From a virus (Duplodnaviria; Caudoviricetes): a stretch of 49,297 nucleotides of DNA. The position numbers were made by a program, and so were the translations under genes. The stretch is from the IMG/VR virus record IMGVR_UViG_3300014656_000039, positions 1 through 49,297 of that record. One strand, written 5' to 3'. Shown here piece by piece: positions 1 to 8,481 of this stretch (the stretch's first letter is position 1; every line of letters begins with the position of its first letter). The notes beneath the pieces were generated by a model, which saw only the letters and a program-made list of their open reading frames with translations, ran no database searches and was not told the origin of the DNA.

Positions 1-1
1 G

Positions 2-439
2 AAACAAGTCGTTCTGGTTTTGGGAAATGATGACACGGTAACATTGGATTGCGATTATTGCGGCAAGGGATATGAAGGGCCTCGTGGATATGTTATGGAA
101 TATCGGTGGGTAGCTGAGCCGGAACTGATAACCATAACCGAAGTGGAAATTAGCGATAGTTTGGAGCATGGAGAAACCATAAAGTACCGCACTAACTATT
201 ACTCAATTAAAAATTGCGACATTTTCGATACCAGGGAAGAAGCTCTAGTTAGATGTGAAGTTATTGCTAAGGAGCTTGCGGAAGAACAATCAACAAGAGC
301 AGAGCATATCAAGGCAAATGTTAAAAAGACCTTTTCTTGGAACGCAGGGTATCACATGAGGGTAGTTAAAAGGGCTCAAAAGGATATAGAATATCATCAG
401 GCAAAAGCTGTCTTATGTAAGCAACGGCAACCGCACTAA
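2..439 (+). CDS. Hypothetical protein, 3' part (continues from the ORF starting at 49230 across the contig ends)
   Basis: Frame open from base 2 (KQVVLVLGNDD...CDYCGKG); joins in frame with the terminal partial ORF. Confidence 0.6.
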   Translation, partial: KQVVLVLGNDDTVTLDCDYCGKGYEGPRGYVMEYRWVAEPELITITEVEISDSLEHGETIKYRTNYYSIKNCDIFDTREEALVRCEVIAKELAEEQSTRAEHIKANVKKTFSWNAGYHMRVVKRAQKDIEYHQAKAVLCKQRQPH

Positions 440-522
440 CACCAAGCCCTAGAGAGGGCGGCTTACCAGAATCGCTCAGGTTGAACGATAATGACTAAAC
501 GTGAAGGAGGGGTCGCATAGAC

Positions 523-1167
523 ATGGGAAAAGATAAGGTACATACCGTGTACAAGCTCAAGGATGGCACAAGAGTGATAGGTGTAACTACCGCATTGGGT
601 ATTTTGGCAAAACCTGCACTCATTCATTGGAGTTGGAATTTGGGATGCCAGGGAATCGACTACAGAAAATTCAGAGACGATAAAGCCGATATAGGAACTT
701 TGGTACATCACCTCGTTCTCTGCTACTTGAAAGGCGATAAACCTGATACCTCAGACTACACTAAAAACCAAATAGATCAAGCCGAGAATTGTATGCTTTC
801 GTTTTACGAATGGCGCAAAGGTAAATTGCTTACACCATACATTGTAGAAGAGCCGATGGTATCAGAACGATGGGGCTTCGGGGGTATGCCTGACTTTTAC
901 GGGCTTGTCGATGAAGTGCCTACATTGCTTGACTTCAAGACAGGCAAAGGCATCTATCCTGAAATGTCATATCAGCTTGCAGCATACCGTGAACTACTCA
1001 TGGAGCAAAGGGAATATGTAGAGAACTGCGCTATTCTGAATATCGGCAGGGCAGAGGATGAAGCGTTTCAGTATCAGAATTATCCTGACCTTGAGCATGA
1101 GTGGGAAATATTTAAGGCGTGCCTTAACATCTACAATTTGCAAAAGGCTATAAAGAAGAGAGGGTAG
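523..1167 (+). CDS. PD-(D/E)XK exonuclease (RecB/Cas4/lambda-exo-like)
   Basis: GTLVH, GMPDFYG, LLDFKTG and QLAAY motifs; adjacent to annealing protein; upstream GGAGG. Confidence 0.8.
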   Translation: MGKDKVHTVYKLKDGTRVIGVTTALGILAKPALIHWSWNLGCQGIDYRKFRDDKADIGTLVHHLVLCYLKGDKPDTSDYTKNQIDQAENCMLSFYEWRKGKLLTPYIVEEPMVSERWGFGGMPDFYGLVDEVPTLLDFKTGKGIYPEMSYQLAAYRELLMEQREYVENCAILNIGRAEDEAFQYQNYPDLEHEWEIFKACLNIYNLQKAIKKRG

Positions 1168-1168
1168 C

Positions 1169-1297
1169 ATGTCAAGAGTCAGAGGCTACAAAATAATCAC
1201 CGAAAGGCGTTACGAGATAGAGAAGAAAATTTGCAATATGCTCTGGCTATGCCTTGTCTTTGGTGCAGGGATAGCCTTTGGGTATTATGCATTATAA
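1169..1297 (+). CDS. Small membrane protein (42 aa)
   Basis: ATG just after previous stop; C-terminal hydrophobic stretch LWLCLVFGAGIAFGYYAL; not in ORF track. Confidence 0.5.
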   Translation: MSRVRGYKIITERRYEIEKKICNMLWLCLVFGAGIAFGYYAL

Positions 1298-1315
1298 TAA
1301 AGAAAAGGGGGTAAT

Positions 1316-2248
1316 ATGGAAAAGAACCTACGCTTTTGGGATGAACTAAAATCACCGCCTAATTGGGCATTGAAGAAAATTACAGGCGGTAGACTGAAAG
1401 GTATGACAGATATAAGCCCGATATGGCGTATGCAAGCTATGACAGAATTGTTTGGGCCGGTGGGGATTGGGTGGAATTATCAAATAAAGGAGAAGTGGCT
1501 CGAAACAAGTAGCGATGGGCAGATATGTGCTTTTGCTCTTGTGATACTCAAGTATAAGATAGGCGATGAGGAATGGTCTGAATGGGTAGAAGGCATAGGT
1601 GGTTCAATGCTTGTAGCACAAGAGAAAGAGGGATTGCACACCTCAGACGAAGCCTTTAAGATGGCTGTAACCGATGCTCTATCGGTAGCAATGAAAGCCA
1701 TTGGGGTAGGGGCAGACATTTATCAAGGGCTGAATGATGGGAAGTATAATAAACCACCGCAACCAGAGAAACCAGAATCTCAGCCTAGCAAAGGAACAGC
1801 AGTAGGCTCAATAACCATAGTAAACATAGAAAGCAAATCTGGCACAAATAAGAAGGGTAATCCATACACCAAGTACACCATTACCGATAGCAATGGTGTG
1901 AAGTATGGGACGTTTGACAAGAACATTGCCGAGAGAGCAGAAGAAGTCAAACAAAAGAAGTTACCCGTTGAGATTGAATCGGAAGACACTCAATACGGAA
2001 AAGATATTAAGGGAATTGGTGTAATAGTTACTGACATTGAGCCTAACGGCGAACTCACTCCCGAACTCTGTCATGCCTTTGCGAAAGAGTATGAAGTGCA
2101 AATAGCTGAGAAAACCACAGTCAAGAGCCTTGCTAAATGGTGGAATGAACATGAGATACTAGACGACATAAAAAGGATAGAAGCAGAAGCATATACCACC
2201 ATTAAGACAGCGTTTGATACCAAGATGAGTGAACTAAAGGCGGCATAG
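1316..2248 (+). CDS. Single-strand annealing recombinase, Sak/Rad52-like, with C-terminal extension
   Basis: LKGMTDISPIWR...FGPVGIGW...DEAFKMAVTDALSVAMKAIGVGADIY pattern; paired with exonuclease. Confidence 0.75.
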   Translation: MEKNLRFWDELKSPPNWALKKITGGRLKGMTDISPIWRMQAMTELFGPVGIGWNYQIKEKWLETSSDGQICAFALVILKYKIGDEEWSEWVEGIGGSMLVAQEKEGLHTSDEAFKMAVTDALSVAMKAIGVGADIYQGLNDGKYNKPPQPEKPESQPSKGTAVGSITIVNIESKSGTNKKGNPYTKYTITDSNGVKYGTFDKNIAERAEEVKQKKLPVEIESEDTQYGKDIKGIGVIVTDIEPNGELTPELCHAFAKEYEVQIAEKTTVKSLAKWWNEHEILDDIKRIEAEAYTTIKTAFDTKMSELKAA

Positions 2249-2277
2249 GCTGCCCGGCGTTTTGAAAGGAGGAATAT

Positions 2278-2514
2278 ATGAAAATCATCGAAGTAGAGTA
2301 TGGGGAATTAAAGTCAGAGGGGTTTAACAACAAGAAGGTATCGGCAAGGGCTAAGGTTGATCCTGACGATGAACCAGAACACGTACTTGATTATTTAAAA
2401 CGATGGGTACAGGATCGATTAAATGTCTGTCAAAGGGAACGTCCAGACCCAAAAGAGTCTTTGGCGAAGATTCGCAAGGTTATCCAAGACCATGACAATG
2501 AAGTACCGTTTTGA
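2278..2514 (+). CDS. Hypothetical protein ending in an SSB-like acidic ...DNEVPF tail
   Basis: AAGGAGG RBS; compact ORF. Confidence 0.65.
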   Translation: MKIIEVEYGELKSEGFNNKKVSARAKVDPDDEPEHVLDYLKRWVQDRLNVCQRERPDPKESLAKIRKVIQDHDNEVPF

Positions 2515-2517
2515 TAA

Positions 2518-2815
2518 CCCCAGGGATTCTAAAAAGGAGGCCAGCTTATCTCAGTAAGTAGGACTGACAACAGGAAGTTGTGCACCATGAACAGAAGAGG
2601 TATTCGGCGGCCAGAAATGGCGGTAAGTTTTCCGGTTGACTTTCAACCGGCAATGCGGAGTAGGTTACGTAGAAACGCTTCGATGGACAAACACTAACAA
2701 GCCGGAGGGTATCAAGCCCCTCCCCAGAAATGGGTGTGTACGACCGAACGGTGTCATGGTGCACAACATAACCCTACAACGCCTGCCGTGAGCGTTATCA
2801 CGGCAAACCCTGGGG
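2518..2815 (+). ncRNA. Candidate structured ncRNA, unassigned family
   Basis: Perfect 14-bp inverted repeat 2577-2590/2754-2767, two GAAA-tetraloop hairpins, further stems, outer CCCCAGGG/CCCTGGGG pairing. Confidence 0.55.
2769..2815 (+). repeat. 47-bp direct repeat copy 1 (copy 2 at 2989-3035)
   Basis: TAACCCTACAACGCC(T/A)GCCGTGAGCGTTATCACGGCAAACCCTGGGG, one mismatch between copies. Confidence 0.95.
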
Positions 2816-2827
2816 GGAGGGGATTAA

Positions 2828-3058
2828 GTGCATACCTGTTGTAAAAAATGTCATAAACGAGAAACAAAATATGATGATAGGCCATTTAAAAAACCCTGTT
2901 CTATCAAGTATATTGATGAATGTCCGTTTGGGATACAATATCCATTAAGTCAATATTTTGAAACTCTTGGAAGGATGGCTGGCAGGATTAACCCTACAAC
3001 GCCAGCCGTGAGCGTTATCACGGCAAACCCTGGGGAGCAATCCCACAAGGAGGAGTGA
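2828..3058 (+). CDS. Small Cys-rich hypothetical protein
   Basis: GTG start after GGAGG; CCKKC...C...CP; 3' end runs through repeat copy 2. Confidence 0.5.
   Translation: MHTCCKKCHKRETKYDDRPFKKPCSIKYIDECPFGIQYPLSQYFETLGRMAGRINPTTPAVSVITANPGEQSHKEE
2989..3035 (+). repeat. 47-bp direct repeat copy 2
   Basis: Near-identical to 2769-2815. Confidence 0.95.
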
Positions 3059-3438
3059 TGGACGAATATAGCAAGATGGTCAAAGCTCTTCCCCCGCAGT
3101 TTTGGGAGGAGTTTTGCAAAGCTAATAATATAGTAATGTCTGACTGGGCGGATATTAGGAATATGCGCATAGTTCTCCACCAGTTGGTGAAGATGGCTGC
3201 CATCCCAATGGCAGATACCGATATAGTTGATTCAGAAGTAGTAAGGCAATTAGAAACTATTCTCGATTGGACATCAGATCCATTTGGTTATGGTTCTTAT
3301 CCTCTCCCACGTCAAATAGAAAAGTTGAGAGAGTGGTGGGAATATATCAAAACATTTCAAACATGGGAACAACTCATCCTCGCCTTCATCTGCTTCAACA
3401 GGTGGGGATGGGGGTGGGAGAAAGGAGAGTGGGTGTGA
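3055..3438 (+). CDS. Hypothetical protein
   Basis: AAGGAGG RBS, overlapping stop/start coupling. Confidence 0.65.
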   Translation: MMDEYSKMVKALPPQFWEEFCKANNIVMSDWADIRNMRIVLHQLVKMAAIPMADTDIVDSEVVRQLETILDWTSDPFGYGSYPLPRQIEKLREWWEYIKTFQTWEQLILAFICFNRWGWGWEKGEWV

Positions 3439-3641
3439 TGGAAAAGGTGATTGAGGGAAGTTGGCCTGCCGATGATATTCGCAGAGCTTTTGTTGACGGG
3501 GCTAAATGGTGGGAGTTCCATAAAGAAGGGGCAACAATGTGGCAATCTGACCAGAGATTAGCGGAAGAAGAAGCAGAAAAAAGGTATCCCGGTGGTAAGT
3601 GTCCCCTGCCAGAGAAGGAGTCGGGTGATGATAAAGTTTAG
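3438..3641 (+). CDS. Hypothetical protein (MEKVIEGSWPADD...)
   Basis: TGATG coupling with upstream ORF, AAGGAG RBS. Confidence 0.6.
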   Translation: MEKVIEGSWPADDIRRAFVDGAKWWEFHKEGATMWQSDQRLAEEEAEKRYPGGKCPLPEKESGDDKV

Positions 3642-3825
3642 AACATCCAGAAAAGACCATGACTGCGGCTATTGTGCAGGCAAAATCAAAAAAGGCGATA
3701 AATACCACTTCTTTTCCGAAAGAACTGCTAAATACGATGAAGAAGGTTATCAGATAGGGATTGAGTACATTACATTTAAGATGTGTATGGCTTGTGATGA
3801 GGCAGTGAAGGCCACGGAGGTGTGA
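3628..3825 (+). CDS. Small zinc-finger protein
   Basis: RKDHDCGYC...CMAC; AAGGAG RBS. Confidence 0.6.
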   Translation: MIKFRTSRKDHDCGYCAGKIKKGDKYHFFSERTAKYDEEGYQIGIEYITFKMCMACDEAVKATEV

Positions 3826-4037
3826 TGGTCAAGGTGATTGAACTCGCTGACCCACCGGAAGTATCAAGTTGTGATAATTGTCATGGTTATTTCGATTTTG
3901 ATACTATGACTATCGTATGGAAATACGGTACATTTAGCACCAATCCTGAGAATGTTCCCGAATTATTGTGTCCTGGGTGCTATAAGGATTGGTGTCCCCT
4001 GGAGGACAAGGATGAGGATGAAGGCCCTCAAGATTAA
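3822..4037 (+). CDS. Small zinc-finger protein
   Basis: CDNC...CPGC; GGAG RBS and GTGA overlap. Confidence 0.55.
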   Translation: MMVKVIELADPPEVSSCDNCHGYFDFDTMTIVWKYGTFSTNPENVPELLCPGCYKDWCPLEDKDEDEGPQD

Positions 4038-4338
4038 AGCCGTAGCCGAACTACTTGACACTTCCGAAGGGTGGGTATATAACCATGCCCAAGAACTAGG
4101 TGGTGTTAAAATAGGGGGAAAATGGTTATTTACCGAAAGGGGGTTAGAAAATGCCTTACAAGTACAAGACAAAAGGGGGAATCAGGCACAGAGGAACGGT
4201 ACAGGACAAGAAGGAACGATACACACGCTCCGGCTTTCTAAAACGGGCCGAGGCAACCGCATGGGAAGCCGAGACAAAGAAACGCTTGAGGAACGAAGGG
4301 AAGGGGTCAAGCGATATAATCTTGATCGACTTCTGTAG
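4012..4338 (+). CDS. xis: Excisionase-like HTH protein overlapping the integrase
   Basis: IKAVAELLDTSEGWVY...GGVKIGGKWLF (MerR/HTH_17-like); GGAGG at 4001; directly upstream of int. Confidence 0.7.
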   Translation: MRMKALKIKAVAELLDTSEGWVYNHAQELGGVKIGGKWLFTERGLENALQVQDKRGNQAQRNGTGQEGTIHTLRLSKTGRGNRMGSRDKETLEERREGVKRYNLDRLL

Positions 4339-5218
4339 GAAATATTTAGATTCCTGTAGTGCCTGCTCTGATAAAACGCAACAGGAGAAGCAATTTCTAT
4401 GCCAAAGGATAGTCAAGGCATGGAGACCAACAACGGAGGTCCATACTATCACACCGGAAATGGCCTTTGACTTTTTGCAGGAGAGGGCTAGAAACACATC
4501 AAACAATGCCCGAAATAAAGACCGTAAGAACCTATTGGCTATGTGGAATTGGGGAATACCGATTTTAGGGATACGGAATAATCCTATCAAGCCACAAAAG
4601 CCCAAATTACCTCACACTAAGAAGGATATTTACGTTCCCACTGAGAGAGAGGTGGTTAGGTTATTAGCCGTAGCCCAAGGAGAGGATAGGAATATGCTCC
4701 GACTGTTCATTATGAGTGGTGGACGTAGAGATGAGATATTCAGGTTGAAGTGGGAAGATGTTAATTTCGAGAAACGCCTAATTAGATTGAAGACAAAGAA
4801 AAACAGGGATGGTAATATAAAGCACAGAGACATTCCAATGAGCCCAAGAACTTATGAAGGGCTTATGTGGCAATGGGAAAACCGGCTACCACATTCGGAT
4901 TTTGTCTTTCAAAACAAGATCCCCCATAGCAAATATTATGGAGGTAGATGGGTAGCTAGACAGAAAATGATGAAGGGACTTTGCGAAAGGGCAGAGATAC
5001 CCCATTTTGGATTTCATACCTTGAGGCGATTTTTCACCTCGATACACCTAGATAAACATAAGGCTAGTCTTAAAGCTGTCCAAGACCTATTGGGCCATAG
5101 TGGGCCACCCAATATGACATGGATATACAATTTTAATATAGCAGAGGATACGAGGGCACTTGTGGGACGTATGGATGAAATGTTTGAGGAGCAATGGAAG
5201 GAGGTGGGGGATGTTTGA
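4151..5218 (+). CDS. int: Tyrosine integrase
   Basis: Catalytic R (GGRRDEIFRLKWEDV), K, HTLRR, LLGH and a downstream Y; attP nearby. Confidence 0.95.
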   Translation: MPYKYKTKGGIRHRGTVQDKKERYTRSGFLKRAEATAWEAETKKRLRNEGKGSSDIILIDFCRKYLDSCSACSDKTQQEKQFLCQRIVKAWRPTTEVHTITPEMAFDFLQERARNTSNNARNKDRKNLLAMWNWGIPILGIRNNPIKPQKPKLPHTKKDIYVPTEREVVRLLAVAQGEDRNMLRLFIMSGGRRDEIFRLKWEDVNFEKRLIRLKTKKNRDGNIKHRDIPMSPRTYEGLMWQWENRLPHSDFVFQNKIPHSKYYGGRWVARQKMMKGLCERAEIPHFGFHTLRRFFTSIHLDKHKASLKAVQDLLGHSGPPNMTWIYNFNIAEDTRALVGRMDEMFEEQWKEVGDV

Positions 5219-5429
5219 TAAGTGGGTATTAGATGCAAGTTTTACTAGAGAAGATTATCTCCCCTGTTTTTGTCCTGTGGATGGCGAGGATATTCTTACT
5301 GGATTCTCAATGTATACCGATAGATGTCCAGGTGAATTAGTGGGTGTCATTCATTCTGAGGGGCAAGAAGCAGTTGAAAAGTGGATAGACGAACATCAAG
5401 ATTGGTATAATAAATACCGCACCAAGTAG
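5211..5429 (+). CDS. Hypothetical protein
   Basis: AAGGAGG RBS, overlaps int stop. Confidence 0.55.
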   Translation: MFDKWVLDASFTREDYLPCFCPVDGEDILTGFSMYTDRCPGELVGVIHSEGQEAVEKWIDEHQDWYNKYRTK

Positions 5430-5444
5430 GGGGGGGGGCATGGA

Positions 5445-5663
5445 ATGAAAGTCACTTTGTTAATTCAACCAGATTGGAAACAATTAGTATTTACGCCAGA
5501 AACGGTAGAAGAAAAACAAATATTCAAAATGTTTCCAATAGATAAAAGTGTACCGTTTTTAATAAAGCGTGGTTCTTTCTTTGAGAAATGTCAAGGGGGA
5601 TGGCAAAGAGAATATTCTGATGATGATTCAATCATGTTTATTGTTACTGAAGAAAAAAAATAA
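5445..5663 (+). CDS. Hypothetical protein
   Basis: Compact ORF ending at the first arm repeat. Confidence 0.55.
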   Translation: MKVTLLIQPDWKQLVFTPETVEEKQIFKMFPIDKSVPFLIKRGSFFEKCQGGWQREYSDDDSIMFIVTEEKK

Positions 5664-5887
5664 AGTACCCCAAAAATACCCGTTAAAAAAGTGGCCGCCC
5701 GCAAAGTGGCGTCCCCAAGGGGATTTGAACCCCTGTCGCCGGCGTGAAAGGCCGTTAACCCCTATTTGCCTATGGACAGGAAAGACACAAATATCAATGG
5801 TTTCAACGATTTAACAAAAATGACGCTGTGTAACTTTGGTGCATTTTCCTTGATTTTATCGTATTTTTTGGATAAAGTACCCCAAAA
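5660..5887. mobile_element. attP region with integrase arm-type repeats
   Basis: 16-bp direct repeat ATAAAGTACCCCAAAA at 5660-5675 and 5872-5887 flanking the tRNA-derived core. Confidence 0.8.
5707..5754 (-). other. attP core: 3' half of tRNA-Glu(TTC)
   Basis: Minus strand CGGC-CT-TTC-AC-GCCG...AGGGGTTCAAATCCCCT-TGGGGACG-CCA; 5' half (D arm) absent. Confidence 0.9.
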
Positions 5888-5952
5888 GTTACACTGCGAA
5901 AGGAGAGAGATAGCGAACAATAGCCACGTCTATTTTGAAGTGAGGTGAAGAA

Positions 5953-6177
5953 ATGTCATTCATTAAGGTTTGGCGTTTCCACGAAGCACCGGAGAAGTAT
6001 CGACAATTATCCGAACATGGAGGCGATGAAGATTGGTTAGCCTTTATCCCTAAAGATATTTGGTTAAGTGAATATGAATGGATCGGGTGGATGGAAGATG
6101 GTACAGCATTCGGGTGTTGTGATGTTTCAACCCACATGGTTGATGGTGGAGTGATTAGAATTGGTGCACATGCTTGA
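5953..6177 (+). CDS. Hypothetical protein
   Basis: GAGGTG RBS, 74 aa. Confidence 0.6.
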   Translation: MSFIKVWRFHEAPEKYRQLSEHGGDEDWLAFIPKDIWLSEYEWIGWMEDGTAFGCCDVSTHMVDGGVIRIGAHA

Positions 6178-6250
6178 AAGATTATCATTCATCCTGTGAA
6201 TAGATTGGAGGGTATCCTATGTTTGCCATAGGAAATGAAGAACTTGACAA

Positions 6251-6279
6251 TAGGTCGCTAACCTTACATTATGAAACCG
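6251..6279 (+). other. dif-like (XerC/XerD-type) site A
   Basis: TAGGTCGCTAA-CCTTACA-TTATGAAACCG; related to site at 39186. Confidence 0.35.
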
Positions 6280-6377
6280 TAATGTAAGAATAGTACGACT
6301 ATCTGTACATCATGGTTTGCAGATAGTCCCTAATTGTCACCCCTTTTGTCAACCGCATCTTAAATATTATCTGCAAC

Positions 6378-6397
6378 TTGCATACAGTTGTATGCAA
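6378..6397. terminator. Palindrome between convergent transcription units (terminator or operator)
   Basis: TTGCATACA-GT-TGTATGCAA perfect 9-bp inverted repeat. Confidence 0.4.
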
Positions 6398-6468
6398 AAA
6401 ATGTCACAAGTTTTGTCGCAAGAACGGTCATTTTCCTATTCAAGAAAATATGGTATTTTGGGAAAATG

Positions 6469-7743
6469 TCATACAGCCGCAATCGGTGTGTAAATCCCCC
6501 TTTCATCTGCAACCAATTCCTTTCTTTCGGCTAACCGTAAATCAGTAATCGAGTGTACCCCTTCCTTGGGATGAAACATGAACAGGACTTGCTTCGGTAG
6601 ATCCGCCTCTTTTAGTTGATTGATTGAGTAGACAGACCCTCCGGGAAATGCCCCATTCATTATGATCTTACCACCAGCCAAGGGTAACACTGCATCCGTA
6701 TGATTATGACCACAAAGAACGTAATTGATAGGTAGATTGGTAAGTCCACGCAATTTGCGAGACATCCTATCTAACCCGTAAAACGGTATCCCCATCCACC
6801 CGCGTACTTCATCCCCATGTGTGAGATAGAAGATATGTCCTGGGGCGTGTTCTACAATCATACAGGGAGATTGCGAGATATAGAACTTAATATTTTCTTG
6901 GTTTCTAAGGGAAGCTCCTAAGAACCGATAGAGAATATAATCCATATTATTTCTAATATGGGATTCACCCTTTCTGCCTATCCGACCGTGATTGCCTATC
7001 ACACAGAAGCACTCTACTTCAGAGAACATCTGAGCCAGAACCAATAAAAATTCTATCAGATGAGACATACTATCAAATACCTGATCGACAGCGGCTCGGT
7101 CTATGTAGTGGGCGTGTCCGGGAAATATCGAGTCACCATCGACTATATCCCCTAACCAGTGTACCACGATTTTTGATAGATTACGTTTCCCTGAAAAGAG
7201 GTTCTTGAATATCCCTATCTTGTACTGAAGTCTTTTGAGCCTGACCGTAAACTCTTCAAAGGAATACGAAGCTAGGTTGCTTACCAGGGTTCCCTCGGTG
7301 AACTGCCCTATTTGAATATCAGATAATTCCAGCATCATATATTCTTCTGTAAGGTCTTGGTCTATTTGGGGTGGTGGTTCAACGGTGGGTATCCGCATAT
7401 CTAATGCGGCAGCTACCATAGCATCGGCAATTACCTCAGTCTTGGCACGTTCCTTGAGTAGTTGGGTAATGAGGCTGTCTTTAGATAGTTCGACTAGCTT
7501 CTGTTTTTCTTCTGCTATGGTTTCGGTTCGGTATTGTTCTACATCAGGGGAGAGGCCGCCACGTTCACCAGAAATGACACCCTTTTTCTGTAGTTCCCAA
7601 AACAGGGTTTTAGTGGCGGGATAACTTTTGCCTAGATATTTGGCTATGTCTCGGTAGAAAGGGAACCTTTGCGGGTCGTTATAACAGTCTATCTCTCTTT
7701 GGTACTCAATGGCAAGGTCGATCTTGCTCTTTTTGTGGCTCAT
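6469..7743 (-). CDS. Calcineurin-like metallophosphoesterase with N-terminal HTH and coiled coil
   Basis: SDIQIG, LGDIVDG, IGNHGR, THGD, CGHNH motifs; FYRDIAKYLGKS HTH. Confidence 0.85.
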   Translation of the reverse strand: MSHKKSKIDLAIEYQREIDCYNDPQRFPFYRDIAKYLGKSYPATKTLFWELQKKGVISGERGGLSPDVEQYRTETIAEEKQKLVELSKDSLITQLLKERAKTEVIADAMVAAALDMRIPTVEPPPQIDQDLTEEYMMLELSDIQIGQFTEGTLVSNLASYSFEEFTVRLKRLQYKIGIFKNLFSGKRNLSKIVVHWLGDIVDGDSIFPGHAHYIDRAAVDQVFDSMSHLIEFLLVLAQMFSEVECFCVIGNHGRIGRKGESHIRNNMDYILYRFLGASLRNQENIKFYISQSPCMIVEHAPGHIFYLTHGDEVRGWMGIPFYGLDRMSRKLRGLTNLPINYVLCGHNHTDAVLPLAGGKIIMNGAFPGGSVYSINQLKEADLPKQVLFMFHPKEGVHSITDLRLAERKELVADERGIYTPIAAV

Positions 7744-7757
7744 AAAGCCCCTATTGC

Positions 7758-8198
7758 TCAGTGTTTATCGCTTACGCCCCACTTCTTTTCTAATGTTCTA
7801 TACATCCCAAGTCCTAACATACCCATTAGAATAGTTACCAAGGATTGCGTATCGAGTTCTGGGGCAGTTACACCAGTGGCAAAACACTTCGCAACCCACT
7901 CTATTGTCGGATTAATTATGGCTTGATAGGCGAGCCCAAAGACGCATACCCAACCAACAGCAGGTCTCCAACCGGCTACAAAAACAGATGAACTAGCAGC
8001 CTCGGTTTTGTTAATCTCTGTCTGAATTTCCGCAGCACGTTGCTCTAGCTCCAATGTTTTTGCTTCTATCTCTGCAAGTTTATTAGGGTCTATTATCTCT
8101 TTCCCTGTTATTACTGCCCTAATGTCTTTTGCTAGAGTGCCTATACTACCTATAGCACTTGTGGCTGCCTCAAGCCCTAGACTACCTAAGATTCCCAT
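7758..8198 (-). CDS. Holin (3TM, GTA-holin-like)
   Basis: EAASSSVFVAGWRPAVGW and GMLGLGMYRTLEK signature. Confidence 0.85.
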   Translation of the reverse strand: MGILGSLGLEAATSAIGSIGTLAKDIRAVITGKEIIDPNKLAEIEAKTLELEQRAAEIQTEINKTEAASSSVFVAGWRPAVGWVCVFGLAYQAIINPTIEWVAKCFATGVTAPELDTQSLVTILMGMLGLGMYRTLEKKWGVSDKH

Positions 8199-8199
8199 A

Positions 8200-8476
8200 A
8201 ATCACCCCTGTTCATCTTTTGTGAACGCATTGTTCACGGTTTGTATATGCAAACCAGCACGCAGGTTTAAGGGAAATCTACCTAGGATACTGTCCCCTCC
8301 TGATTAATTTAGGCTTTCAGTTGGACATTTTTCCAACCTAGCTCGTTCCACGGAGCAATCACCAATCAGGATAGTGTTCTCCCCTGTGCTGTGGGGTCTT
8401 GGGTTCTTTCGCTCCCGTTTGCATATTTGCGGCGAACGCTTTTTGCGTCCCCCGATCTCCTTGTACCTTTGGTACA
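8200..8476 (-). ncRNA. Candidate structured RNA upstream of holin
   Basis: At least six short hairpins plus TCCTGATT/AATCAGGA closing stem in ~280 nt lacking a convincing ORF. Confidence 0.45.
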
Positions 8477-8481
8477 TGAGT

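Noticed and set aside
2577-2767. Retron msr-msd (a1/a2 inverted repeats)
   Set aside because: Long terminal inverted repeat fits, but no reverse transcriptase is encoded in the genome
2769-3035. CRISPR mini-array with Cas4-like nuclease at 523-1167
   Set aside because: Only two 47-bp repeats with a 173-bp coding spacer; the nuclease is better explained as the recombination exonuclease
5707-5754. Functional tRNA-Glu gene
   Set aside because: 5' acceptor strand and D arm are missing; it is the att core
5569-5948. ORFs across attP
   Set aside because: Translate the tRNA fragment and arm repeats; no RBS
8400-8455. c-di-GMP-I riboswitch (GGGACGCAAA and GCAAAC...GAAA on minus strand)
   Set aside because: Elements are in the wrong order and the P2 stem is not evident
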